This document shows positions 1 to 10,669 of a stretch of DNA of 64,000 bases, piece by piece. The notes under the pieces were generated by a model that worked only from the letters and a program-made list of their open reading frames with translations, made no database searches and was not told the DNA's origin. The stretch comes from Harriotta raleighana. Taxonomy: Eukaryota. The stretch is taken from assembly GCA_050575255.1 (NCBI GenBank), contig JBNZDD010013732.1, positions 12,168,172-12,232,171 on the forward strand, in the 5' to 3' direction. Both the position numbers and the translations under genes were made by a program. How positions within the stretch are numbered: position 1 is the first letter of the stretch; every line of letters begins with the position of its first letter.

Positions 1-250
1 CCCTCCCTCCCTCCCCACCCCTCCACCTCCATCACCTGAAAGAAAAATCTACCCAATGTGTTTTTTTTAAATGAAACTGAAGCAGCCGAAAGCAAATGGG
101 AATCGACGGTTTTTTCTTTCCAAAAGAAAGAAAACGCAGACACAGGCAGACACACTCATCAACCCCAGTGAAGTCACTCGTCGGGATTGAATGTTCAAGC
201 GCTTTGCGATGCCACTAACTTCTGGTTCAAGACCAGCCACACCCTTCAAA

Positions 251-305
251 CACAGCAGCAACTCTCAAAACACAGCAGCAACTCTCAAAACACAGCAGCA
301 ACTCT
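251..305. repeat. 20-bp tandem repeat (cacagcagcaactctcaaaa), about 2.75 copies
   Basis: Directly visible perfect unit repetition. Confidence 0.9.
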
Positions 306-454
306 TCACAACGCTTTAATAATAACGCAAAACCGTTGGGAGATTTTTATTGGAACGAATGCAAACACTCACTATCTCTGTCTCTCTCTCTCTTTCTCTC
401 TCTCTCTCGATTTGAGATGTTCTGATGATCAGAGGTAACACACACTCCACTCAC

Positions 455-514
455 CTCCTTCACACGAACGACATCTCTGGCTCCAAACGCCCACCAAGCG
501 CTTTCTTGTTTCAT
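455..514 (-). CDS. Possible first coding exon of the next gene (CAV1 expected by synteny): MKQESAWWAFGARDVVRVKE
   Basis: ATG-started 20-codon stretch ending in Glu at a consensus phase-0 donor GAG|gtgagt. CAV1 normally follows CAV2 and has a short phase-0 first exon ending in Glu. No real peptide similarity to MSGGKYVDSE. Confidence 0.25.
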
Positions 515-1029
515 TCATCCATTTGCAAAAAAAAAATCAATGTAAAAAAAAAAACCCTAAAACTAAAGCAAAAAAAAAAATCCCTTGTGCAATTTGTTTG
601 CGAAAGTGGATGTCGCGTCTTCTAGCCTTGCTCACTAATCTGTAACAACGATAGGATGTCCGCCAGCTCCCTGGTTTTCTCACTCACAGTTGCTAACGAA
701 GCGACTTCACTGAAGTTATTCAGTACATCAGCCAGGAAGTACCTCGCATTCCCTTCCCAACCCCTAAACCCCAAACCCAAGTTTTTCTTTCCCCCACTGA
801 CAGATTATTTCATTGTATTATGTTCGCCTCTTCACTCGGTCAGTAACTTGCAAGGGGCAACAACAAAATTCCTGCTCTAACGACAGAAATGTGTGTGTGT
901 GTGTGTGTGTGATGAACTCACCAAATATTTATTTGTTGGAACAATCTTGCTTACCTGGAATTCTCCGTTTTTGCCACTGGACATACTTCACTCCAGCCCG
1001 CCAAGGTCTCTGGAAATGGGCTGGGAATC

Positions 1030-2270
1030 TCTCTTATTTGTGTGTGGGGGGTGTGGGGAGGAAGATAACTCCAAAGTAGGTGGTGATGGCTGGGTTGTTG
1101 GCCCGCATCCAGCTCAGGGAACGAGTTGTGAGCTGCTCTGCGATGGATATTGGTGCAGAGGAATCCATTGAGCTGCGACTGTAATGGGAAATCACCATGG
1201 AACTCAAATACTCCTTCGGTGAATCATAACGTAGCTCAGAGATGTGAGACCAATAACACAGTCCGATTGGGATAGGGAGAGAGGGGGGGCGGCAGGGGAA
1301 GGAATTCAGAAGCAATCGAGGTTATAAAGAGAGCGAGGGCAATGCCAAAATCATTGCACAAGATACAGAGAATAAGGATAATGTAACAATAATATAAATA
1401 AGTGCAACGTGAAATCTTATACACTGGAGTGTGTATAGCAAAGGGAATCAAAGCTAACCTGTGAGAAAGAGAGAAATACAGAGAGCAAGAGAAAATACAT
1501 ACCTGCACTACACTGCATAAATGTGTGAGTCTGTTGTTTAGTTAGTGGAGTGAATGCTAACATTTGAGGTGAACGAAAACTACTTGGAATGAAAGCTACA
1601 GCTCACCATACAAGTGATAAAGAGTACAACAGAAAAATATGCTATTTCCGGGAACAATGCCTGGGATGAGAGATTGAATCCCTGGTGTCAAAGTTTCCCT
1701 GTCTTGAATTCAGCAACAAACTGAGCATTAGAACAATAACACTCTTAACACAGACACACTCATCAAATAAATACAGCCACTAATCCAACAAGCTTCTCCA
1801 GTAGTGTCAGCATCAGGAATTGTGGTGAATTCAATTAGTTTTGACATAAGCGTCTCCAGATTTGGTTTTACAGAATATGGTCACCATACCCTATATCCAA
1901 CATGAGCAACAAGTGTCAAAGGGAAGCCCTGGTCAGCAGGGGAAGGAAAGGTTTTCCTGTTAGTTTGACATAGGAAGTCATCCAAGTGTCATACACTACT
2001 TTAGAAAGTATATAAACATGCTAGAGGAGTGTGTTTTATCGCATTTGTAGTAGCGACTGCATCCATTCAAAAAAAAATATCTTTCACGTGGGCCTGAGTT
2101 GCTATCTGGCACCACTGAAATTCTGAGCTTTGCACATGCACCAGAGATGATGGGAAAGCAACATTTAGAAGCCATCCGAGGTACCTTTTGGCCCTTAGCT
2201 TCAATAGAACTCGCCAGACTGAGAACTGGCCCCCATTAATGTTTCGCCCATAAAGAACCCGGACCATTCA
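1030..2270 (-). mobile_element. Decayed L1/Tx1-clade RT/thumb fossil
   Basis: Minus-strand peptides in RT order: MVRVLYGRNINGGQFS (W+.+LY..NG..S), IGYGDHIL (YADD-like, ~1885), and KEYLSSMVIS...TTRSLSWMRA (KYLG...RSLS..GR). Confidence 0.45.
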
Positions 2271-2393
2271 CTTAAAATATATTCTGTGAGGCAATGATGG
2301 GATGCCTGTAAGAGGTGAAACAACGTTATATCAAATGCAAGTATTATTATTGTTAGTCAAATCAAGATCCTTCCTTTCAAACTATTAATACAG

Positions 2394-2607
2394 TAATAAT
2401 AATCCTTGCATTTAATATAGCGCTGTTCACATCTTCTAGACGTCTCAAAGCGTTTCACAGAATATACTATTATTGTTTTGTGAGGGATTATTATTAGGAA
2501 TGTGGAGTAAGAAAACTTGCCCAAGGTTTTGTCCTGACCTGCCTGGATTCAAATACAGGTCTCATGCTTGTAAGGCGAGTGCTCTAACCACTGAGCTGCA
2601 GGACTTC
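2394..2607 (-). mobile_element. Same tRNA/Deu SINE family, internally deleted
   Basis: Reverse complement of head and tail. Confidence 0.8.
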
Positions 2608-2926
2608 ACAATATAATGTATAATGTATAAAACAAGAAAGAAAAGACCATCCAGCCCACTTGTTCCACATCCACACCCAGTCGTGGGCTTCATTTACTTG
2701 TGCTACTGTGAAGAAGCATGATATAAACATTCCATAAATATTACCATCACATCTCTACTGGATCCTGTCACACAGCTAACACCTGCTGTGCACCCCAACA
2801 CGATTCCTTACCACCATGTGTCGTCGTGCCTTCAGCCACTTTGCCCCTGAACTCTGGAACTCCTCGCCTCCATCCCAGTGCCCTTCCCCATCTTTAACTT
2901 TAAATGGCACTTCAGCATCTACCCTT

Positions 2927-3232
2927 GTGGAGTCCTGTAGCTCAGTGATTAGAGCATTCGCCTTGCAAGTGAGAGACCCGAGTTCAGTTCCCGGCAGAGC
3001 AAAACCTTGGGCAAGATTCCTTACTCCACATGCCTGATAATAATCCCTCTAAATAAAAATAATAAATTGGTCACTTCAATTCCTTGACCCGTTGTGGGAC
3101 CATGCTATGCACAACTGAATGCTGTGTTTCGCCCACAAATATAATTAATTCACTCTACAGTTGATTCCGTGAAGCGCATGGAGACTAGAAGTCGTGAAAA
3201 GCGCTATATCAAATGCAAGTATTATTATTATT
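2927..3232 (+). mobile_element. tRNA-derived Deu-domain SINE with L2-type tail (elephant-shark SINE2/EshSINE-like)
   Basis: tRNA head with A box (tagctcagtg) and B box (gagttcagttcc), Deu core (tgtgggac..tgct.tgc.caa.tg..tgctg.gtttc), tail gcgctatatcaaatgcaag(tat)n. Many copies in the window. Confidence 0.88.
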
Positions 3233-3469
3233 GCCTCTTTGACCGCCCTTATGTTCACCTCCTCCTTTTCGCTTGCTAAATGACTTGGAATACAAACTGA
3301 AGAGAACCTGAATACATGGAATCACTTGTGACATTCTTGACAATGTGGTTTTTCTCACTTGTGGAATACAAATTGTGCCAAACAGCTATGTTATAATCAC
3401 ACCATTGTTTTAATATGCAGACTATGCAGAGTGGAAACTTCTATCATGACTGTACTATAGGATAGAGTG

Positions 3470-3815
3470 GATCCAAGTTTGCAGATGACATTAAGATCGA
3501 AGGTATGGGGAATTGTGTAGAGAGCAGAACATTACAAAGGGGCATATGCAAATTAAGCAAAATAATGGCAGATAATGTAGCACCGTGTAAACCATGTAGG
3601 CTTTGGGTGTAAGAGCACCTTTGGAGTTATGTGTTTAGTTTTGGGCAGCCCACCTTAGAAAGCCTACTGTACAGGTCTTGGAGAAAGCCCCGCTGTTATA
3701 CTTGGGATAAAAGGCATTTGTTGGGATGAGAGACAGGGCATATTGGATTACACTCCTGAGAGATTAGAAGGTTGAAGCATGATCCGATGTGAGGCATTTG
3801 AGATAGTGAAAGGCA
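3470..3815 (+). mobile_element. Degenerate CR1 LINE RT fragment
   Basis: aagtttgcagatgacattaag encodes KFADDIK (CR1 KFADDTK), followed by a decayed CR1 C-terminus. Confidence 0.7.
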
Positions 3816-3839
3816 CTTAAACACTAAAAAAGAAACAAC

Positions 3840-4190
3840 TGGAGTCCTACAGCTCAGTGATTAGAGAACTAGCCTCACATGTGAAATTCTGGGATTCAAT
3901 TCCTGGCAGGGCCAAATGTTGGGCGAGTTTCCTTACTCCATACAATTATGTTTATCTAGCAGTAAGTAGGAACCTGGTTGTTAATTGATTGGCGGATCAC
4001 TCGTCCGGGGGTAATAATTCCTTCAAAAAAATAATAAATTGGTGACTTCAATCCATAATAATTTGGGAGACACTGTTGTGTGCTGCCGCATTTTGCCCAC
4101 AAAATATACAGTCAATTCACTTTACAGTATATTCCTTGAAGTGTTTTGGCCACTTATCAAAAAGATGTGTTAAGACCCTGTATCAAATTG
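3840..4190 (+). mobile_element. tRNA/Deu SINE, longer subfamily
   Basis: Head, extra tagcagtaagtaggaacc segment (also seen at ~48375), Deu core and tail. Confidence 0.8.
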
Positions 4191-4209
4191 AGCTCTTCCT
4201 TCTGGTAAA

Positions 4210-4870
4210 TTAGTTGAGAACAACTCTTAAATTGAAAGTGAAAATAGATAGAAGTGAAAAAATGTGTTCACACAAAGCATTTGTACTGTATATTGAATGC
4301 ACAACCCAGAATTTCACAGATATAGATTTGATTGAGGCATTNGAAAAAATGTGTTCACACAAAGCATTTGTACGCATTGAATGCACAACCCAGAATTTCA
4401 CAGATATAGATTTGATTGAGGCATTTAAATAGAAGCTAAAAAAGACATTGAGGAAGTAAACAGCAGACTCGACAATGGTCAATGTTACTATGTCCCTGTC
4501 ACTACCGTAGATAAAGGGATTCACCTATTGTGGAACCAGGGATTATCTATTGCAATAAAGACAATTCATTAATCCAACCGCTCAATAACAGATTGACATT
4601 ATGCCATTGGTTTCAATTCTCCACTGGATCGCGTACACTTTCTAGAAAAGGAACTTTGTGTAAATAGAAACGTGTGACACCACTGAATTCTCTTTTTATT
4701 TATAATTTGATTAGGTGCAATGTATGCTTGGAGCAAACAAAGGTGTGGATAGATATTGCATAGACAGATTTCACAAAGCAGATTTCCAGAAAAAGTCACA
4801 TAATTCCAATCTTTGTAAAGCACTTACAAAGATTGGAATTAATAATAAAATTTTCCCATATTTACCAGTG
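4210..4870 (-). mobile_element. Decayed L1/Tx1-clade ORF2 C-terminal fossil
   Basis: IWENFII...F..IGI, GNLL and IKSISVKFWVVHSIYSTN resemble the vertebrate L1 C-terminal motifs IW.N..I...GI..GNLL and KE+SFK+.H.IYP.N. Contains an n-duplicated segment. Confidence 0.45.
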
Positions 4871-5636
4871 TTAGATGCAAGTAGAACAGTACAGTACAAA
4901 GTTTTTTTGTTCTAGAAATTATAATATATACAGTATTATAGCAAAAAAGCATCAGCATTTTTTCTCATTTGGAACTGCACTTTGTCATTTGCAAGTGTAA
5001 TTTGTAAGTTGTGTTGTACCATGTGCTAAAAGCTTGTGTAAAGAGAGAATCATAAGTGCTCTTAAGTACATAATGATCAACTGAGCAACTGAAACCCAGA
5101 ATCCTCTGTTGGGAATTACACAATTCAGTGCTACCTGTTATTTCCCTTTACGCATGCATTTAAAGGACAGCAATGGCTCTCCTCTCTCGCCTCAAATCTC
5201 ACTGCCTCAGCATCACAGTCCTTGAACTGAAAGGCTGATTTGGAGCTGAGAGTACTACCAACTGAGCCAGGCTGACATATTTCAACATTGTTAAGACGTC
5301 CTGGTAATTCAGCACATGGTTGTTAGCCCAACTCGGAAAGTAAGTCCCATAACTGGGCAGTCAGTGCAAATAAACTTGGGAGAACTGCAGATCATATCCT
5401 GAAAGGTAATCTAAAGCAAACGATTGACTGAATTTCATTTAATTATTTAAACAAATGTACCCTTTGTATATACAATAATTGTTGTCAGTAGCAAAAAGCA
5501 ACTGTTTGGACTAAATCCGTCAGATTTAATTCTTTTTATCCAATTTCAGATTCTAAATACAGCAATAGGATAATTACTGAAATCAGCATCCTTTGTGTCT
5601 TTCTATTGCATATTCTTGAGACCCAATACAAATAAT

Positions 5637-5711
5637 TTTATTATTGCACAGCAATATCCGTACAAAGGTCCAATGTGATTAACAATTTATAATGGAATAT
5701 ATAATTTTATT
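5637..5711 (-). promoter_or_regulatory. Candidate CAV2 polyadenylation signals (AATAAA at 5706-5711 and 5637-5642)
   Basis: Minus-strand AATAAA hexamers about 195-265 nt downstream of the stop codon. Confidence 0.4.
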
Positions 5712-5904
5712 TCTAATTGAACTTTATGCAAAAGTGATTATGCATAGACTCATAAAAAATACTTTAAACACTTTACAAAAGTGCCTTTTTGGAATCAACA
5801 ATGGAAGCATAGATAATGCTAATTTTTTATATAAAAAGATCTGATCAGGAACCCTGTTAAAAGCCTTATTCTCCTAAATCACCAACCACCTCCTGTTTGA
5901 TTCT

Positions 5905-6055
5905 TTAAGGCTCAGTTAGGTGGAAACTAGTTGCAGAGAAGCAGCGTCCTATACTCTGACACAGAGGAGAAATAAACACGTCCATAATGCTTTTCCATAT
6001 GATCTCAAGGGAAGGTAGAATCATCATAATCGTCTTTATAATGGGCATACAGAGC
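5905..6055 (-). CDS. CAV2: Caveolin-2 coding exon 3 (151 nt) with stop; not in the ORF track
   Basis: Read by hand: acceptor tctttcag|G completes Trp, then LCMPIIKTIMMILPSLEIIWKSIMDVFISPLCQSIGRCFSATSFHLTEP*. Matches the CAV2 C-terminus (human [41 protein letters not shown]). Confidence 0.95.
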
Positions 6056-7479
6056 CTGAAAGATACAACACAGAGTCAATTAATCACAACAATGATCTTA
6101 TAAACAGATTTGTAATAACAAACAAGCACATTAATAATAATCCCTACATCTGATATAATCACACCATTAGCATGTGAAGGTGTCAAAGTGTTTCACAGAA
6201 ATTGCTGTAAATTGTATTGGCTCTGTTCGCCTACAAAATATAGTCACTACACTTTACAGTATATCCTGTGAACGCTGTGAGACATCTTCTGACATAAAAA
6301 GACTACATCAAATTCCAAGGATCAGTGTTATTTGTATGTGAACATGACAGCCAATTTGCTCAAAGGACCTAAAGCAGACAGGTTCTTAAACTGTAAACCC
6401 TTCATTCATTAAAGTGCCTTATCAGAGCAGACTAATCCTGGACTTCAATTTTCTGTGGTCATTCCACTTACCGGTTGTTTTATATGTTTCTATTCTCCTT
6501 CTGCACTGGTCACTAAAGTATACATGATATGCATCAGGCATTTATAATGATATGGTGTGATATGTCACAGCAGTAGACAGGCTGATAGTGTACGAGTCCA
6601 CTCCTAGCGGAATTTCATTGTGTTTATTCTTTACTTTTCCAAACAAAGTTCAATCAGAAGATCTTTCTCAATGAACCGTAAAAGCACCATTATGGGATAA
6701 ACAACTGTTACCCTAAGGTGCCATGTACTGAATATGATTCTTTCTTAATTGATGTCTGAATGATAACTGCTTATTGATCTCCCAGACCCTGCTGCTCAGC
6801 GAACACTAGTCTGGATCATGTCCCCTTCCCCTCCTCTTCACCAGCAGTAGGTCAGCTTTCAGCCATTCTATCTATGCTCTCTTGAACTCCACCCTGGAAC
6901 CCCTTCGCCTTACCCCTTCCCCCTGCATCATCAAAGCTAATCTTAAAACTCTCTCTCTCCTTTTGGCCTATTTTTCGCTTTCTCTCTCCAGTTTATCTCT
7001 AAGTCAGTTGTGTGTAGTCGTGTCTCTAAGTCTCTTTGTGATGTTTTTCCCGATATATTGATGTGCTCTGCGCTTATTACTATCTGTTATACGTCTGACT
7101 GGCATCTTGTTCAGCTTTGTGAGTGGCCACCAATTTTTTTAAAATTCTAGACAAATCTCAAAACACAGTAACAAATCTTTGAATCATAAATTAGAGACTC
7201 TGGAATGAACTGAAGGCACTTCACACTGGCAAAACATTGGCCTTTTCTGGTATTAGTCACTCTGTCCAAAATACACAATCCTTATTTAAAATTCCATTGC
7301 TGGCCAGTATTCAGACGATCCTATCAGAGAGTTTGGGGCCAGGATGGGGGATGGGGTGGTGGAGAGAAATAAGTGGGAATATCTTGTGTATTCTGACAAT
7401 GTTGTTTTATTTTAGAGGGATCAATTACACTTTCAATTACAGTTGCATTTAGTTGATCTAATATATATGTAATATATAT

Positions 7480-7756
7480 AATAATCCTTGCATTTGATTT
7501 AGTGTCTTATCACGGCATCTAAAAGCATTCACAGAATATACTGTAAAGTGAATTGATTGTATATTTTGTAGGCTAAACGTGTTAGTCAATTGCACGCAGC
7601 CATGGAATGAAACAACCAATTTTTTATTGTTTTTTTAAGGGATTATTAGGCTTGTGGAGTAAGGTAATTTGCCCACGGTTTTGTCCTGCCTGGAATTAAA
7701 CCCAGGTCTCTCACTTGTAAGGTGAGTGCTCTATCCACTGAGCTACAGGACTCCAC
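7480..7756 (-). mobile_element. tRNA/Deu SINE in CAV2 intron 2
   Basis: Near full-length reverse-complement copy about 45 nt downstream of the exon 2 donor. Confidence 0.85.
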
Positions 7757-7801
7757 ATATATATCTGTATAAAAATCCAAGCAGGCCAGTGATTGACTTA
7801 C

Positions 7802-7989
7802 CAAATGTGGATGAAGCTGAGCACTGCGAAGAGAATGCCAATGATTAAGGAGAAAGGAATGGCAAGGAGAAGGGTGAAAAGCTTGTACACAACAAGTTTA
7901 CTTAGTTCAAATAATGCGTAGCTGCAAATCCAGACTGTGTCGAAGCTTCGAGTGGAGTCAGGCTCTGCGATCACATCCTCGAAAGAAAC
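7802..7989 (-). CDS. CAV2: Caveolin-2 coding exon 2 (188 nt; signature, scaffolding and membrane domains)
   Basis: Translates [62 protein letters not shown](W), with the FEDVIAEP signature. Acceptor ccgcag|GTT, donor TG|gtaagt. The phase-2 intron inside the Trp codon is typical of CAV2. Confidence 0.96.
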
Positions 7990-9034
7990 CTGCGGGTACA
8001 CCAACATAATCACCTTCCATTTGATATAGTGCTTTTCACATCTTATCGACGTCGCAAAGCGCTACACAGAATATACTGCAAAGTGAATTTACTATTGTGT
8101 TTTTGCCTAATAATAATAATGATAATGTTATCATGTGATCAGATCAGTAACTGTGCAGATCAATAGGATTCCCTCTCTCTGTATCGTTGCCTTGAAGCAC
8201 TCCAAGACACTGTTGATGTGAAGAGCGCTCAGTAAATGCAAGTTGTTGTNGTGTTTTTGCCTAATAATAATAATAATGTTATCATGTGATCAGTAACTGC
8301 AGATCAGCAACTGTGCAGATCAATAGGATTCCCTCTCTCTGTATCGTTGCCTTGAAGCACTCCAAGACACTGTTGATGTGAAGAGCGCTCAGTAAATGCA
8401 AGTTGTTGTNTGATAATGTTATCATGTGATCAGATCAGTAACTGTGCAGATCAATAGGATTCCCTCTCTCTGTATCGTTGCCTTGAAGCACTCCAAGACA
8501 CTGTTGATGTGAAGAGCGCTCAGTAAATGCAAGTTGTTGTGGATCAGTAGGTGTGGACTCTTACCAGAACAACCTGTGGGGTGGCTGTCTGCATTTAAAC
8601 AGTCCACTTTATTAATATTATTATCAATGCATTTTTATTCATTCTATTACACTGCCTTCTGTCTTCCAAATAAGACAGGTTTAACGACCCAACCACCTAG
8701 CTGTTGTGTTTATATATTGTACTACAGAAGCAATCTAAACAAAACTCATTTTTTACCAGATCTATTATCCCTTGGGTTTCTATACATATACACACACTCA
8801 CACACTCACACACAATTCGATCCTGACTCACAGCATGTTTCCTGTTCTGCTTTATTCAATGCAATTCATCNACCCCCCCCCCGACAGTCAGCAATGTTGA
8901 GAGAGAAAGAGAGAGAGAAAAAAAGATTCTCTTTCTGCATTAGAGACGGTCAGAGTTTACTCGTGACCCCAGTTACAGAAGTAGACGTGTGGAGGTCAGT
9001 GGACAAGTGTCCTGTCCAACTGCTAATCCCTCAC

Positions 9035-9184
9035 CTTGGTGTGAGCGCTCAGTCCTTTGGGATCCCGGCTGAGCTGCTGTTTGGGTGACTCTTCCCCTTG
9101 GCTGGGAAGTGATTCAATTGAATTACGAAGCTCCTCATCTTCAGACCTGAAGCCGGGATCCATTGAGTCAGTTCCCACCAGCAT
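9035..9184 (-). CDS. CAV2: Caveolin-2 coding exon 1 (150 nt)
   Basis: Translates MLVGTDSMDPGFRSEDEELRNSIESLPSQGEESPKQQLSRDPKGLSAHTK with the caveolin RDP..L motif. Donor AAG|gtgagg, phase 0. Gives a 162-aa protein, the same length as mammalian CAV2. Confidence 0.9.
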
Positions 9185-9360
9185 TTTTTCCCTCCTGATC
9201 TGATTTCCGAGGGAACGAAGGCTTTTTTTTTTTGCCTGCCTCCTATCCACCCCCCCCCTCTCACCCACCCCCCACAACCCTCCCCACACAAACACACAGA
9301 CACAAAATAAACCCCAGCAGCGTAGCCTGTCTGGGTAAAGCCACGCCTGCTGGGCGCAGT

Positions 9361-9447
9361 CAACACACACACACACACACAGTATTAACACACACACACA
9401 CAGTATTAACACACACACACACACAGTATTAACACAAAAACACAGTA
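9361..9447. repeat. Compound (CA)n-gtattaa microsatellite upstream of CAV2
   Basis: (ca)n runs separated three times by gtattaa. Confidence 0.9.
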
Positions 9448-10669
9448 CTGGATCAACTCTCTATCTCAAAATCCTGTCATCAGCTCTGAGGATCCCATGA
9501 CAGCAAAACTAGAGACCCGTCGGTCAAAGAGAGACCTGGGTTCTATTCCAGGGAGGGGGCGAAACCTTAGGCAAATTTCCTTACTCCACATGCCTGATAA
9601 TAATAATAATGTTAATCCCTCCCCCCCAAAAAAATAATTTGGTCATTCCAATCCACCACTGTTTGTGGGACACTGTTTCGTCCACAAATGTACGGTCAAT
9701 TCACTTTACAGGACATTCAGTGAAGTGCCTCGAGACGTCCAGAAGACGAGCAAAGGGCGAAATCAAAGTCATGGATTCGTGCTATTCTTCTTCTTCTTAT
9801 TTGTTTCCAGCCTGTTCTCTTGCAAATAAAACATCAGATCGAGTTAGCGGTGGCCGCAATGTCGGAAACACAACTTGACACCTTTCGTGAGGTGTTCTGG
9901 TGCAGTAGGTGGTGATGTTTGATTGGGTCCAGGCTGATGCTCAGCACTGGGGGGTGCACAGCCTTGTCAGGAGGTGTCATGCTTCACAATAATGCGTTAA
10001 ACCCAGCTCCCAACTGCATTAAAGAGCCCATGGGGCTATTCAAAACGAGGAGGGAGTTTCTCTTCGAATGTTTTTCAAACCCTCTCTCCCACCCATCCAC
10101 CCCACAAGAATATGGCAATGTTGCAAACGCTAAATTCAGTTCAAGTGGAAGTGAACTTTATAATGGAGCGCTCTCCCCAACCTATGGTTTTTGTCTGTGC
10201 TGCCTTGTCCCCTTTTAAAGCGATCACTTGCAGTCAGCTCCCGTTGAAGGAAGATTCACTTTGTTGGCAACTGCACTGTTTGTAAACTAAGAGCAAGAAG
10301 TGAAACCACTGATCCTTGTCACACTCGACTGATTCATTGCACTGTAGAGCATGTTTTTCCTGTTTGGCTGGTACCACCAAAATAGGTCAAGTAAGAAAGG
10401 TTCACAATCTCGGAAAATTACTGATTGGAACATAGGGAGGGCGGAGGTGGCATCTGGTTAACAGTTGACATTGCTGAAGAAAGGGATTTTTTTTCTGAGG
10501 TTACATTGAACAAATTATGAGTACAGTATAGCAAAGGGCACTGCACCTCAAAAAGTGGCCTGAAATTCCACGTAGTCTCTAACTGTAAGACTAGTTTCCC
10601 TTAAAATTTAACATTGAGCAGATTTGTGAACATTCAGAACTTTATTCAAAACCGCCTTTCAAACTAAGA

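Noticed and set aside
2927-3000. tRNA-like sequences here and at ~3840, 7690, 12522, 45045, 48262 and 52920
   Set aside because: They are degenerate SINE heads followed by Deu bodies and L2 tails, not functional tRNA genes.
4210-4435. ORF resembling a CAV1-type C-terminus (IKS...IYS..CEHIF..NLRVVL) with an in-phase acceptor, i.e. an alternative CAV2 last exon
   Set aside because: The true CAV2 exon 3 is at 5905-6055, and splicing here would turn the invariant Trp into Cys. The peptide and its upstream sequence fit L1/Tx1 C-terminal motifs at least as well. RNA-seq junction reads from 7802 to 4435 would revive the idea.
8098-8540. Apparent ~150-bp tandem triplication (likewise 37598-37752 and 50988-51700), superficially array-like
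   Set aside because: The units are separated by single n characters, indicating assembly/haplotype duplication. There is no repeat-spacer structure and no cas genes.
8534-9088. 184-aa plus-strand ORF antisense to CAV2 intron 1/exon 1
   Set aside because: It runs through microsatellites and an n, and has no protein-like features.
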